NCBI GenBank assembly: GCA_018652045.1
Contig: JABICX010000017.1
Location: forward strand, 6,293 to 70,292
Direction of reading: 5' to 3'
DNA from: Candidatus Woesearchaeota archaeon
GTDB taxonomy: Archaea; Nanobdellota; Nanobdellia; UBA10117; JABICX01
Length of the DNA stretch: 64,000 nt
Under the pieces are notes generated by a model. That model had not been told where the DNA came from and did no database searches. It saw only the letters and a list, made by a program, of their open reading frames with translations. This document shows positions 1 through 9,532 of this stretch, in pieces. Each line of letters opens with the position of its first letter. The first letter of the stretch is position 1. A program made the translations under genes and the position numbers.

Positions 1-251
1 ATAATCTTGTCAAAGTCGTTGCGCTTAGCATTTTCTTTGATGATCTTTATGAAACGCTTATTCAACTCCAGAGCATAAACTTTCTTTGCTCCAGACTGTG
101 CAGCAAACATAGCAAGTATACCTGTGCCACTGCCCGCATCAACCACTACGTCGCCTGGCTTGACAACCTTATGTATTGCTCGCTTAAAACGTCGAGTTCT
201 CTCTTGATCGTATAAACAAAGATTGACCTCATACGGAGTAAAGTTCACCAT
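1..251 (-). CDS. SAM-dependent methyltransferase, PRMT/PrmA-like (5' part only; runs off window start)
   Basis: Hand translation from ATG at 251: MVNFTPYEVNLCLYDQERTRRFKRAIHKVVKPGDVVVDAGSGTGILAMFAAQSGAKKVYALELN; motif I DxGxGxG; not in ORF track. Confidence 0.8.
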   Translation of the reverse strand, partial: MVNFTPYEVNLCLYDQERTRRFKRAIHKVVKPGDVVVDAGSGTGILAMFAAQSGAKKVYALELNKRFIKIIKENAKRNDFDKI

Positions 252-252
252 T

Positions 253-1119
253 TTAATAATTGTAATACTTTGAATCTGTAACTGTCTTGTATACTTCCAT
301 TAAATTATGTGGAAGATCTTTTTCTATACGATACTTCTTTGGCAGAAGCTTCACATCCACTCTTCTTTCGTTAACATCTTTGGACCGATAGTATCGCTCG
401 ACACCTAATGCATCCAGTATCTGCTCATCCGGTTCAATAAAGATTACGCCTTCATTAAGATTCAAGTTATCCAAATCATATATGATAAAAAAGATTAGTA
501 GAATTATTGGTGGAAAAATCGTTGGAAGCACCATTGTAATTGGATCAGTAGTTCGTTGAAGAAATGTTGAAACGACAATGGCGATAGAAAGAGAAGATAT
601 TAATATCCATTCTGCAGATCCAAGAGACTCTTTCCCAATAATAAATATCTTCTGACCCGTTGCACTTACGACTTCTAGTGAATTAGACAATCTATTCAAG
701 ATCACTGAGTCTGTTTCTTTTTTAACTTGTATCATCTTAAGTGTGTCATATATCTTGTAGAGATACGGTGTTGACTTTTCTTGCTCAACAACATCTATAG
801 AAATACATGAAATAACATACTCTTCAATAAACTTACGTATCTTACTTTTGAAGCGTTCGTTGTGTGAGAAAGTATCTACATATTTAACCACGTTCTGCAT
901 GGCTGCGCTATGCCCTGCCATAAGCTCACGCATGAGTACGTGACGATTCCAGAGACCTGATATGTAAAAACTTACAATCAAACCAAAAAGTATTCCGATA
1001 ATCGTAAGCATAAGTGTAACAACTTCTGTAGAGAACGCCACTAAAGGTAATCTCCTAGATATAAAATAAAACACTGGGAAGCTCAGTCCAAAGATCAACA
1101 ACGTTCTCCAGGATTTCAT
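253..1119 (-). CDS. Integral membrane protein, DUF4239/bestrophin-like topology
   Basis: Two N-terminal TM helices, soluble helical middle, two C-terminal TMs followed by IYDLDN; start moved to MKSWRT to avoid overlap with kae1. Confidence 0.55.
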   Translation of the reverse strand: MKSWRTLLIFGLSFPVFYFISRRLPLVAFSTEVVTLMLTIIGILFGLIVSFYISGLWNRHVLMRELMAGHSAAMQNVVKYVDTFSHNERFKSKIRKFIEEYVISCISIDVVEQEKSTPYLYKIYDTLKMIQVKKETDSVILNRLSNSLEVVSATGQKIFIIGKESLGSAEWILISSLSIAIVVSTFLQRTTDPITMVLPTIFPPIILLIFFIIYDLDNLNLNEGVIFIEPDEQILDALGVERYYRSKDVNERRVDVKLLPKKYRIEKDLPHNLMEVYKTVTDSKYYNY

Positions 1120-1153
1120 AAGTCTTAAATGTCTTTTGTAGTATATAATTCTT

Positions 1154-2131
1154 ATGCTATGTTTAGGAATAGAATCAACCGCCCATACACTTGGCATAGG
1201 TATAGTCAACGAAAAAGGTACGGTTTTAGCTAACGAAAAATCTACTTTTACAACCGACAAAGGTGGTATTCACCCGAGCAAAGCAGCTCAGCACCACGTT
1301 CTTATGTATCCCTTTGTTCTTGATAGGACGCTGAAAGCTGCTAAGATTCAGCTGAAAGATGTTGGCATCGTAGCGTTCTCACAAGGGCCGGGTCTCGGTG
1401 CCTGTCTTAGAACAGGTGCAGTTGCAGCACGTTCCCTTGCAAGTCTTCTCAAAGTTCCACTAATTGGAGTTAACCACTGCATCGCACATATTGAGATTGG
1501 AAAACTCACCTCTGGATTCAAAGATCCAATCACACTCTATGTCTCAGGTGCTAACACACAAATACTCGCACTTGCGTCAGGCAGATATCGAGTCTTCGGA
1601 GAAACACTGGACATTGGAGTTGGAAACTTCTTAGATGTGATTGGCAGAGCTATGAATATGGGATTTCCTGCCGGACCTACGATCGATAAACTTGCTAAAA
1701 AAAGCAAGACTTACATCGAACTACCATACACAATCAAAGGTATGGACTTTGCGTTCTCCGGGATCCAAACAAAAGTTGAACAGTTAGTTCAAAGCGGAAA
1801 ACACGAAACTGAAGATTTATGTTTCTCAGCGCAAGAGACTGTCTTTGCAGAACTAACTGAAGCAACGGAGCGAGCTATTGCGCACATTAACAAAAAAGAA
1901 ATCCTTCTAACCGGTGGAGTTGCAGCAAACTCTCGCCTTCAAGAGATGCTAAAAATTATGTCCAAAGAACGTGGCGTCAAGTTTGCAGTTGTCCCGATGA
2001 GTCTAGCTGGAGACAACGGCGCAATGATTGCCTGGCAAGGTATTCTAGAACACCGCGCAGGTTACAAAATGGATGACTCACGAGTTGAACAGAACTGGCG
2101 CACCGATGATGTTGACGTAAACTGGATTTGA
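1154..2131 (+). CDS. kae1: tRNA N6-threonylcarbamoyltransferase Kae1 (KEOPS)
   Basis: LGIESTAHT, GGIHP, GPGLG, VNHCIAHIE, GETLDIGVGN, GGVAAN, DNGAMIA motifs. Confidence 0.97.
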   Translation: MLCLGIESTAHTLGIGIVNEKGTVLANEKSTFTTDKGGIHPSKAAQHHVLMYPFVLDRTLKAAKIQLKDVGIVAFSQGPGLGACLRTGAVAARSLASLLKVPLIGVNHCIAHIEIGKLTSGFKDPITLYVSGANTQILALASGRYRVFGETLDIGVGNFLDVIGRAMNMGFPAGPTIDKLAKKSKTYIELPYTIKGMDFAFSGIQTKVEQLVQSGKHETEDLCFSAQETVFAELTEATERAIAHINKKEILLTGGVAANSRLQEMLKIMSKERGVKFAVVPMSLAGDNGAMIAWQGILEHRAGYKMDDSRVEQNWRTDDVDVNWI

Positions 2132-2184
2132 ACTGTACACCCGAAACTATAATCTCTTAAAAATCAGATGCAGTAATTATACTC

Positions 2185-4296
2185 ATGAAGCCGTTAGGTA
2201 ATATCTTCGGTAGAACTACCACTCACGATTTTAGGTTCAAGGTAGAGAATCTTGTCAAAAAATGGGATTACATTGTTGCAAACCACCTGGAGGTAGGTCC
2301 AGTTCTTTCACAAGTTCTAGAAATTGAGGCAGGTGGACAACAGACAACTGCGATATGTTCTATAGTTGGTTATCGAAATGAGCGAGGTTTACTTAGAAAA
2401 CCGCGTACACCTCTCGCACACGGAACACAGATTTTCCCAGCAAATGATTATTACATCTCAAATATCATTGGTATCAAAAAAGAAGGGCTATACTTAGGTT
2501 TTCTTGAAGGTAAGGACAAACTCAAAGCATATATTGATCCAAAAAAATTAGTTACAAAGCATCTTGCAGTTTTAGCGAAAAGCGGTGGAGGTAAATCCTA
2601 CACTATTGGAGTTCTACTTGAAGAACTCGCTAACTATGGAATCCCTTGTATTGTAATTGATCCACATGGCGAGTACTCAAACATAAAGTATCCTAACGAC
2701 AACAAAGATGACGAGAAGTACTTCAAAATATATGGTGTAACTCCAAAGGGTTTCGCGAATATTGTAAAAGAGTTTACTATTAATACGGAAATAAACCGTG
2801 ATGCTACGCAATTAAAGCTCGCGATACCTCAAGAAGCATATGGCATAATTCAATCAATGCCGTTCAAGATATCTGCAGGACAGACTGGATTAATACACAA
2901 TACAGTAAATCAACTACAAGAAACCAAATCCAAAATAAGTTTTGAAGACATTATCGAAGAACTAAACTTAATCGAATCCAATGCAAAATGGAACATCATC
3001 TCCGGACTTCAGCAACTAATCAAGACAAACTTATTCTCATTTAGTCCGACAAAGGTAACTGACTTAATCAGACCAAATCGGCTTTCTATTATCAATCTCA
3101 AAGGGTCTCCACCCGAGCTACAGCAAATAGCGGTAAAATCTCTACTTAATGAACTTTTTGAAAAACGAAAGCGCGAAGAAGTCCCGCCGTTCTTTATGAT
3201 CATAGAAGAAGCGCACAACTTCTGTCCCGAACGTGGTTATGGTGAAGCGAAATCATCTGGAATAATCAGAACTATTGCAGCAGAAGGCCGAAAGTTCGGT
3301 TTAGGATTAAGTGTAATCACGCAGAGGCCTGCACGTGTTGACAAATCTGTCCTAAGTCAGTGTACTAGTCAGATTGCAATGCAAGTTTCTAATCCAGGTG
3401 ACTTAAAGGCCATCTCAAACTCATTTGAGGGAATAACTACTGAAACTGAACGGGAGATTCGAAACTTACCTGTCGGAAAAGCATTACTTGTTGGTGCAAC
3501 AGATTACCCTGTATTTGTCGATATTCGCGTACGACGAAGCCAACACGGTGGACGCGCAAAGACGTTTGATCTAAATAAATCTGTAAGCGATTACAAACCA
3601 ACTAAAGCAGAAACAAAGGTAGAAGCAGACGTCACACCAAACGTTGCGCGGAAAAGTTTTGCTAAAAAATCCGCTTACATTTTTGAGCCAAAGATCGGAA
3701 TTAAAGAGATTAAGACGCTAGAAAAATCTGATATAAAAAACATCACAGTAGTACTCAATCCATGTTTGCTAGCAAACTGCTCAGCAGGTAATCGCACATT
3801 TGATATCTTATTTGACCTACATAACATGCATATATTCTCACTCACAGATAAGCTTACAGCTATTCGACTCCCAACCAACGTATCTAATCTATCTCCTGTT
3901 CAAAAGCAGGTCCTTGACCTTGTAAGTCAGACCTCACCAACAACTATCTCAGAGGTCTTTGCTAAAACGGGTTTAGGTTTTAGTCAGGCGTCTGGCACCG
4001 TCAGTTCATTAGCTAGAATGAAACTCTTATCTGTATCTGGCAATAAGATTAGCGTTAATAATGATATGACTGCCAACTTCCAAAAAGTATCATTCCCATT
4101 AAGACCTAAATACATGGACTTACCTGATGCGGAAAAGCTGCCAATTAAGGTTAAAGAAAATCAACTTAAAGGTTTCCTTAACGCATTTGGAATCAAGATC
4201 AATTCTAAAAAAGCTTGCTGGCTGCCATTCTATCAAGTTAAAACAGACTCTGATGAAAAAATACTTGACAGCATATCTTACAGCTTAAGCTTATGA
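2185..4296 (+). CDS. HerA/FtsK-family (DUF87) ATPase with HAS barrel and C-terminal winged-helix-like extension
   Basis: Walker A AKSGGGKS, IDPHGEY, Walker B IIEEAH, EGRKFG, TQRPA. Confidence 0.88.
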   Translation: MKPLGNIFGRTTTHDFRFKVENLVKKWDYIVANHLEVGPVLSQVLEIEAGGQQTTAICSIVGYRNERGLLRKPRTPLAHGTQIFPANDYYISNIIGIKKEGLYLGFLEGKDKLKAYIDPKKLVTKHLAVLAKSGGGKSYTIGVLLEELANYGIPCIVIDPHGEYSNIKYPNDNKDDEKYFKIYGVTPKGFANIVKEFTINTEINRDATQLKLAIPQEAYGIIQSMPFKISAGQTGLIHNTVNQLQETKSKISFEDIIEELNLIESNAKWNIISGLQQLIKTNLFSFSPTKVTDLIRPNRLSIINLKGSPPELQQIAVKSLLNELFEKRKREEVPPFFMIIEEAHNFCPERGYGEAKSSGIIRTIAAEGRKFGLGLSVITQRPARVDKSVLSQCTSQIAMQVSNPGDLKAISNSFEGITTETEREIRNLPVGKALLVGATDYPVFVDIRVRRSQHGGRAKTFDLNKSVSDYKPTKAETKVEADVTPNVARKSFAKKSAYIFEPKIGIKEIKTLEKSDIKNITVVLNPCLLANCSAGNRTFDILFDLHNMHIFSLTDKLTAIRLPTNVSNLSPVQKQVLDLVSQTSPTTISEVFAKTGLGFSQASGTVSSLARMKLLSVSGNKISVNNDMTANFQKVSFPLRPKYMDLPDAEKLPIKVKENQLKGFLNAFGIKINSKKACWLPFYQVKTDSDEKILDSISYSLSL

Positions 4297-4733
4297 TATG
4301 TAACATAACCAACCACTACTACGAATATTAATGTTGTAGCTAGGTGAAATGGTATAAATATACTCCAAGGTATTGCTATCTTAATCGCGCCAATCTTCCA
4401 AAGAATCAAGTTACCGCTCTTAATTGAAAACCAACTAATCCAAGCCAGACCCCATACTGAGATCGGTAGGATAAATGTAGCGAATCCAGTGAAAATCGCG
4501 AATTTCTTGAACGTCATTGAATTACTTTCAACAAGTCGGTATGCTGCCAACAAACTTAAGAAGATAAATAGACCAACAAGCGTCAGAAATCCAAAGTAAA
4601 AGTCATCAGATAACTCCAAACTATGCATGGCGTCTAGATGCCCTAAGAAGTAAAAAAGGAGTGTATATGATAATACAAAGAGCAAGAACGGCTTTGTATT
4701 TAGCGTCTTCTTTGCCATGCTATTCATTACCAC
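4278..4733 (-). CDS. Hypothetical membrane protein (about 4 TM)
   Basis: Hydrophobic segments throughout 151 aa ORF. Confidence 0.6.
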   Translation of the reverse strand: MVMNSMAKKTLNTKPFLLFVLSYTLLFYFLGHLDAMHSLELSDDFYFGFLTLVGLFIFLSLLAAYRLVESNSMTFKKFAIFTGFATFILPISVWGLAWISWFSIKSGNLILWKIGAIKIAIPWSIFIPFHLATTLIFVVVVGYVTYHKLKL

Positions 4734-4768
4734 AACATTTATAAAAGCATATTGGAAATCCCAATTAA

Positions 4769-4821
4769 CTGCTTAGGCAGAAGGCGTCAGCCGAAAAGAG
4801 TTGTAGTCTTTCTGTTAGCAG
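4769..4821 (+). promoter_or_regulatory. Structured 5' leader (three-way junction) upstream of rpl1-rpl10-rpl12
   Basis: CTGCT..GGCAGA pairs with TCTGTT..AGCAG, enclosing GGC-GTCA-GCC and AAGA-GTTGTAG-TCTT hairpins; GC-rich island ending 9 nt before the ATG. Confidence 0.5.
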
Positions 4822-4830
4822 AATTATATA

Positions 4831-5475
4831 ATGGACAAGCAAAAAATCCTTGACGCAATCAAAAAAGTGAAAGAAAGTTCAAAAGAGCGTAAGTTTTCAC
4901 AGTCAATCGACTTGATCATTAATCTCAAAGACTTTGATATCAAGAAAGAAGCAAAAGTTGAAGAGTTCTTAAGACTGCCAAATGGTCGTGGAAAAGATGC
5001 GACAATCTGTGCGTTAATTGGCCCTGAGATGAAAGCCTCTGCCAAGATATGTGATGAAGCAGTAATCACAGACAATTTCTCAAAATACAGTGACTCAAGA
5101 AAGAGTCGAAAACTAGCTAGAAAATATGATTTCTTTATTGGTCAAGCAACAATAATGCCTCAGATCGCGCAAGCATTTGGAAAATACTTTGGTCCAATTG
5201 GAAAAATGCCAAATCCAAAGGGTGGACAGATAGTACCTCCAAACGCGAACCTTGAACCAATAGTTAATATCTTGAAAAATACATCCAAGATCATTGTCTC
5301 CAAAGTCCCAGTTGCTAGCTGTAGAATTGGTGACGAAAAATTAGATGAAACGAAGCTAGCTGAAAACATTATATTTGCAATAGATCACCTTGAACATGCA
5401 CTTCCTAGAGGTAAAGCGAATATCAAGAACATCATAATCAAAACAACTATGGGAGCTCCCGTAAGAGTAGAGTAA
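4831..5475 (+). CDS. rpl1: 50S ribosomal protein uL1
   Basis: RKFSQSIDLIINLKD, GPIGKMP, IKTTMG motifs. Confidence 0.96.
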   Translation: MDKQKILDAIKKVKESSKERKFSQSIDLIINLKDFDIKKEAKVEEFLRLPNGRGKDATICALIGPEMKASAKICDEAVITDNFSKYSDSRKSRKLARKYDFFIGQATIMPQIAQAFGKYFGPIGKMPNPKGGQIVPPNANLEPIVNILKNTSKIIVSKVPVASCRIGDEKLDETKLAENIIFAIDHLEHALPRGKANIKNIIIKTTMGAPVRVE

Positions 5476-6486
5476 ATGGAAAAACCACAAGCACATGTAC
5501 AACAATGGAAGAAAGACTTAGTTAGTCAGATATCTACAGAACTTCCAAAATACACAACTGTAGCGATAATCAATCTCGAGAATCTCCCAAGTAGAGAGAG
5601 TCAGATCATAAGATCAAAGATAAAAAATGATATTAAACTTATCATAACTCGAAAAAGATTGATTCGACTCGCACTAGAAACTTGTGGGAAGACAAAATTA
5701 AAGCAGCTTGGCGATCATCTGAAAGGTATGCCTGCGATCATTCTTACTAACAAAAACGCGTTTGAGTTATTCAGAATCTTAAAAGAAAACATGACATCTG
5801 CTCCAGCAAAGACAGGCCAGATTGCTCCAGAAGACATCTGGGTAAAAGAAGGTCCAACTCCGTTTGCACCAGGTCCAATTATTGGAGATCTCGGTGCTGC
5901 GAATATTGTTGCAGGAATCGATGGTGGAAAGGTTGTAGTCAAGAAAGACTCGCTAGTTGTCAAAGAAGGCGAACCAATTCCGGCTGCTGCAGCAAGCATA
6001 CTAACTCGATTAGATATCAAACCAATGAAGGTTGGACTAAACTTAGTCGTTGCTGTTGAAGAAGGTCAACTATTCGAACGCAAAGTCTTGAATATTGATA
6101 TGGATGAATACACTCAGAATCTTAAAAATGCAATCCTCGATGCCAGGAAACTGGCTCTCGGTGCAAATATTCTTAATGCAGAAACTGCTGTAATCAAAGT
6201 ACAAGAAGCACATATGGATGCTAAGAAACTCGCAATGGGTGCGGAAATACTTTGTGACGAAACAAAGGAATACTTGATAAAGAAAGCAGAAGCTCAAGCT
6301 AATGCCCTTGAATCTAAAGTACCTGCTGTTATAGATACACCTAAGAAAGAAACCAAACCTGAAACAGAAGAAATTCAAGAATCACAATCTGAAACTTCAG
6401 AAACTGAAGTTAAATCAGAAGAATCTGAAAAGGCTCCTACTAACGTAGAAGCTAAAGCAGATGATAATCCAAAAGGAGAACAATAA
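5476..6486 (+). CDS. rpl10: 50S ribosomal protein uL10 (archaeal P0)
   Basis: QQWKKDLV, APAKTGQIAPEDIWVKEGPTPFAPGPII; follows rpl1. Confidence 0.95.
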   Translation: MEKPQAHVQQWKKDLVSQISTELPKYTTVAIINLENLPSRESQIIRSKIKNDIKLIITRKRLIRLALETCGKTKLKQLGDHLKGMPAIILTNKNAFELFRILKENMTSAPAKTGQIAPEDIWVKEGPTPFAPGPIIGDLGAANIVAGIDGGKVVVKKDSLVVKEGEPIPAAAASILTRLDIKPMKVGLNLVVAVEEGQLFERKVLNIDMDEYTQNLKNAILDARKLALGANILNAETAVIKVQEAHMDAKKLAMGAEILCDETKEYLIKKAEAQANALESKVPAVIDTPKKETKPETEEIQESQSETSETEVKSEESEKAPTNVEAKADDNPKGEQ

Positions 6487-6487
6487 A

Positions 6488-6793
6488 ATGGAATACCTAT
6501 ATGCGGCTCTGTTACTGCACAAAGCAGGACAGAAGATAACCGAAGAAAACCTAAAGAAGACATTGACTGCTGCAGGCGTAAAAGCTGATGATGCAAGAGT
6601 CAAAGCTACTACAACTGCCCTAAACGATGTAGATATTGACAAGACCATCGCTGAAACAACTGTTGCTGCTGCACCAGTTGCAAGTGGTGCTGCACCCGCA
6701 AACGAAGCCCCAAAGAAAGAAGAAAAGAAAGAAGAAGACAAGGGAGCTAGCGTAGAGGAAGCAGCTGCAGGTCTAGGCGCATTGTTCGGCTAA
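6488..6793 (+). CDS. rpl12: 50S ribosomal stalk protein aP1 (L12p)
   Basis: MEYLYAALLLH ... EEAAAGLGALFG. Confidence 0.97.
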   Translation: MEYLYAALLLHKAGQKITEENLKKTLTAAGVKADDARVKATTTALNDVDIDKTIAETTVAAAPVASGAAPANEAPKKEEKKEEDKGASVEEAAAGLGALFG

Positions 6794-6810
6794 GCAGACA
6801 TGTCAAAGAA

Positions 6811-6833
6811 AGGGGGCGTAAGCCTCTTTTTTT
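6811..6833 (+). terminator. Hairpin plus U-tract terminator after rpl12
   Basis: AGGGGGC-GTAA-GCCTCTT followed by T run. Confidence 0.6.
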
Positions 6834-6837
6834 AACA

Positions 6838-7713
6838 ATGACTCCAAAAAAGGGAGATACAAAAGTGGAAAACAACGTTGAGGTAGAACAGAAAGCAAAA
6901 AATCTAAGAAAAGACATACAAACAATTAGTGCAAACCTTAAGGAACTTGGCGGACAAAAGGAAAAGCATTACCAACAAAAAAACGACTTAGATAAACAAC
7001 TTAATTCTTTAATTAGTAAAGCTAAAGAGCTCAAAGACCAAAAAGCTGAAATCGATAAGAAGATTATTACCTTGAAGAAAAATCGTGAGGAATCTAATAA
7101 GCGATTCAATCAATCACTTGTTGAGATCAATGATGAAAAGAGAGAACGAAGAAAACATAATGTTCCGTCATCAGGTCCAATTAGAAAGCAGATAAAAGAT
7201 CTAGAATATAACATGCAAACAGAAGCGCTAAGCTTCAATAAAGAAAAGAAAATCATGGATCAGATCAAAAAGCTCAAAGTAGATCTTAACAAGATTTTAG
7301 CACATGAAGAAGGTTTGAAATCTTCCAGAACAAAGTTCAACGACGCCCGAGTTGTTAAAAAACAAGCTGACGATATACACAGTGAGATACAGAAACTTGC
7401 GCAAGAGAGCTCAAAAATCTTTGAGGACCTAACAAAGCTGTCAAAAGACATTGCAAATATAAAGGCGCAAAGAAACACCGTACAACTGGTTCTTAAGAAC
7501 CTAAAAGGTCAGATTAGTCAGATGAATCAGAAACTAAGCAAAATTCTGAAAGACTGGTCTGGAGTCGCAGATAAGGTTGTTCTTAATCCAGCTAGACGCA
7601 GTATATCTGCAATACATAAGAAAACTGAAGAAGTCAAAGACAAGCTTAAGTCTAAGAAAAAGCTAACAACTGAAGACATTCTTCTACTACAAAGAGAGGC
7701 TATGCGAAGATAG
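6838..7713 (+). CDS. Archaeal long coiled-coil protein (COG1340-like)
   Basis: K/E-rich heptads, QTEALSFNKEKKIM and KKLTTEDILLLQ motifs. Confidence 0.7.
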   Translation: MTPKKGDTKVENNVEVEQKAKNLRKDIQTISANLKELGGQKEKHYQQKNDLDKQLNSLISKAKELKDQKAEIDKKIITLKKNREESNKRFNQSLVEINDEKRERRKHNVPSSGPIRKQIKDLEYNMQTEALSFNKEKKIMDQIKKLKVDLNKILAHEEGLKSSRTKFNDARVVKKQADDIHSEIQKLAQESSKIFEDLTKLSKDIANIKAQRNTVQLVLKNLKGQISQMNQKLSKILKDWSGVADKVVLNPARRSISAIHKKTEEVKDKLKSKKKLTTEDILLLQREAMRR

Positions 7714-9486
7714 CTATTCTAAAACAGCTTTAATACGTCTAACACCTGCAGAGCTAGACTTCTCTTTTACAATTTTAAATTGACCTAGTACGCCTGTCTT
7801 GTTAACATGTGGGCCTAAGCAAATCTCTTTTGATATGCCTTTGATAGTATAAACCTTAACTTTAGCGCCATACTTATGTGTAAAAACGCCCTGTGCACCT
7901 GCCTTTTTAGCATCAGCAACACTCATCTCTTCCATAGTAACCGGCACGTCCTGCTTAATCCATTTATTTACTATATCTTCTGACTTCTTTAGCTGCTCAG
8001 GAGTCATCTTTTCTCCCCAGTTAAAGTCAAACCGCAGTCTCTCTGCAGTTAAGTTACTTCCTTTCTGAGTTACCTTTGGACCCAAGACCTTTTGAAGTGC
8101 AGATAGAAGCATGTGATTTACAGTATGATACTTGATAACCATCTCAGAATGATCTGCAAGTCCAGATACAAACTTCTTACTCTGGCCCTTCTTTGAGACC
8201 TCTCTATGCTTAGCAAACTCTCGTTCATAGCCATTTTCATCGATCTTAAAGCCTTTTTCAGCAGCAAGCTCTCGCGTTAACTCCATGGGGAATCCATAGG
8301 TATCATATAGATGAAAAACATCAACTCCTCGCAAGGTCTTCCCCTTAGTTGTCTGCATAAGCTGCGCCAGCAAACGACTTCCTTTCTCCAAGGTCTTGTT
8401 AAAGTTATCATATTCATTGCCAATGATACCTGCTATCTGCTTACTATTTCGTTGTAAGTAAGGGTATTCTTTCTTAAAATCATCAATTACAAAGCGCACT
8501 AGTTGTTTAATTCCGGACCGATCTATTCCAAGTTGCTTAGAATAACGTACCATACGCCGAATTATACGTCTAAGCACATATCCTTGATCTTTTCTAGCCG
8601 GCGTTACACCCTCTCCAGCAATAAAAGTCGATGCTCGAACATGATCTGCAACTATTCGCATAGCTTTCTTGTTGTGTGTGTAATTCTTACTAGATAGCTT
8701 CTCAATCTGTTGTATCAAAGGTTTAAAAATAGTTGTCGTAAAAACATCATTAGTACCTTGCAACACTCCAACAATCCGCTCAAAACCTGCGCCTGCGTCA
8801 ATACTCTTAAGTTTAAGTGAAGTTAGCTTGCCTGCAGCGTTCCGATTATAACTTATCTGAACACATGGATTCCATATCTCCATAAACCTACCACAATCAC
8901 AGGTAGGATTACAACTCTTCTTACCACAGCCTTTGGATGCTCCAAAATCATAGTGCATTTCAGAAGTTGGTCCGCACGGTCCAGTCTTGCCACTTACCCA
9001 GAAAACCTCTTCAGCATCTGCTAAAAAAATACGCTCTCGAGGTATACCAATCTTTTGCCAGGCAGCAAACATATTGTCATCACGTCCCAATCCTAGCTTC
9101 TTATCTCCCTTAAAAACAGTAGCCCAAAGCTTGTTCTTATTCATACCATACTTCTTAACTAAAAGATCGTAAGCAAACTGTGCAGCTTCAGTAACACCAT
9201 AGTCACCAATCGACCAGTTTCCAAGCATAAAGAAAAACGTGAGATGCTTATTATCACCAACATCATCAATGTCGCCCGTTCGAACGCACTTCTGACTGTT
9301 GTATAACCTACTTGCAGGTGGTTTTTGCAACCCCATAAACAAAGGCTTCAATGGCTGCATGCCTGAGTTAATGAAAAGTGAGCTAGTATCATGTTCAGGT
9401 GGAATTAAAGGTACATCTGGAAGCTTCTTATGCTTTAAGCTAGAAAAGTGTTCGAAAAATAACCTTTTGACATCTACATGATCCAT
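7714..9486 (-). CDS. alaS: Alanine-tRNA ligase, short form lacking the C-Ala domain
   Basis: LFINSGMQPLK, QKCVRTGD, HLTFFFMLGNWS, GPCGPTSE, ADHVR, LYDTYGFP, editing HTVNH/CLGPH, ends GVRRIKAVLE; start moved to MDHVDV. Confidence 0.95.
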   Translation of the reverse strand: MDHVDVKRLFFEHFSSLKHKKLPDVPLIPPEHDTSSLFINSGMQPLKPLFMGLQKPPASRLYNSQKCVRTGDIDDVGDNKHLTFFFMLGNWSIGDYGVTEAAQFAYDLLVKKYGMNKNKLWATVFKGDKKLGLGRDDNMFAAWQKIGIPRERIFLADAEEVFWVSGKTGPCGPTSEMHYDFGASKGCGKKSCNPTCDCGRFMEIWNPCVQISYNRNAAGKLTSLKLKSIDAGAGFERIVGVLQGTNDVFTTTIFKPLIQQIEKLSSKNYTHNKKAMRIVADHVRASTFIAGEGVTPARKDQGYVLRRIIRRMVRYSKQLGIDRSGIKQLVRFVIDDFKKEYPYLQRNSKQIAGIIGNEYDNFNKTLEKGSRLLAQLMQTTKGKTLRGVDVFHLYDTYGFPMELTRELAAEKGFKIDENGYEREFAKHREVSKKGQSKKFVSGLADHSEMVIKYHTVNHMLLSALQKVLGPKVTQKGSNLTAERLRFDFNWGEKMTPEQLKKSEDIVNKWIKQDVPVTMEEMSVADAKKAGAQGVFTHKYGAKVKVYTIKGISKEICLGPHVNKTGVLGQFKIVKEKSSSAGVRRIKAVLE

Positions 9487-9532
9487 ATTAAACCTCCAAA
9501 ACATAATATAAAACACTTGCGCGCCAGGAGGA

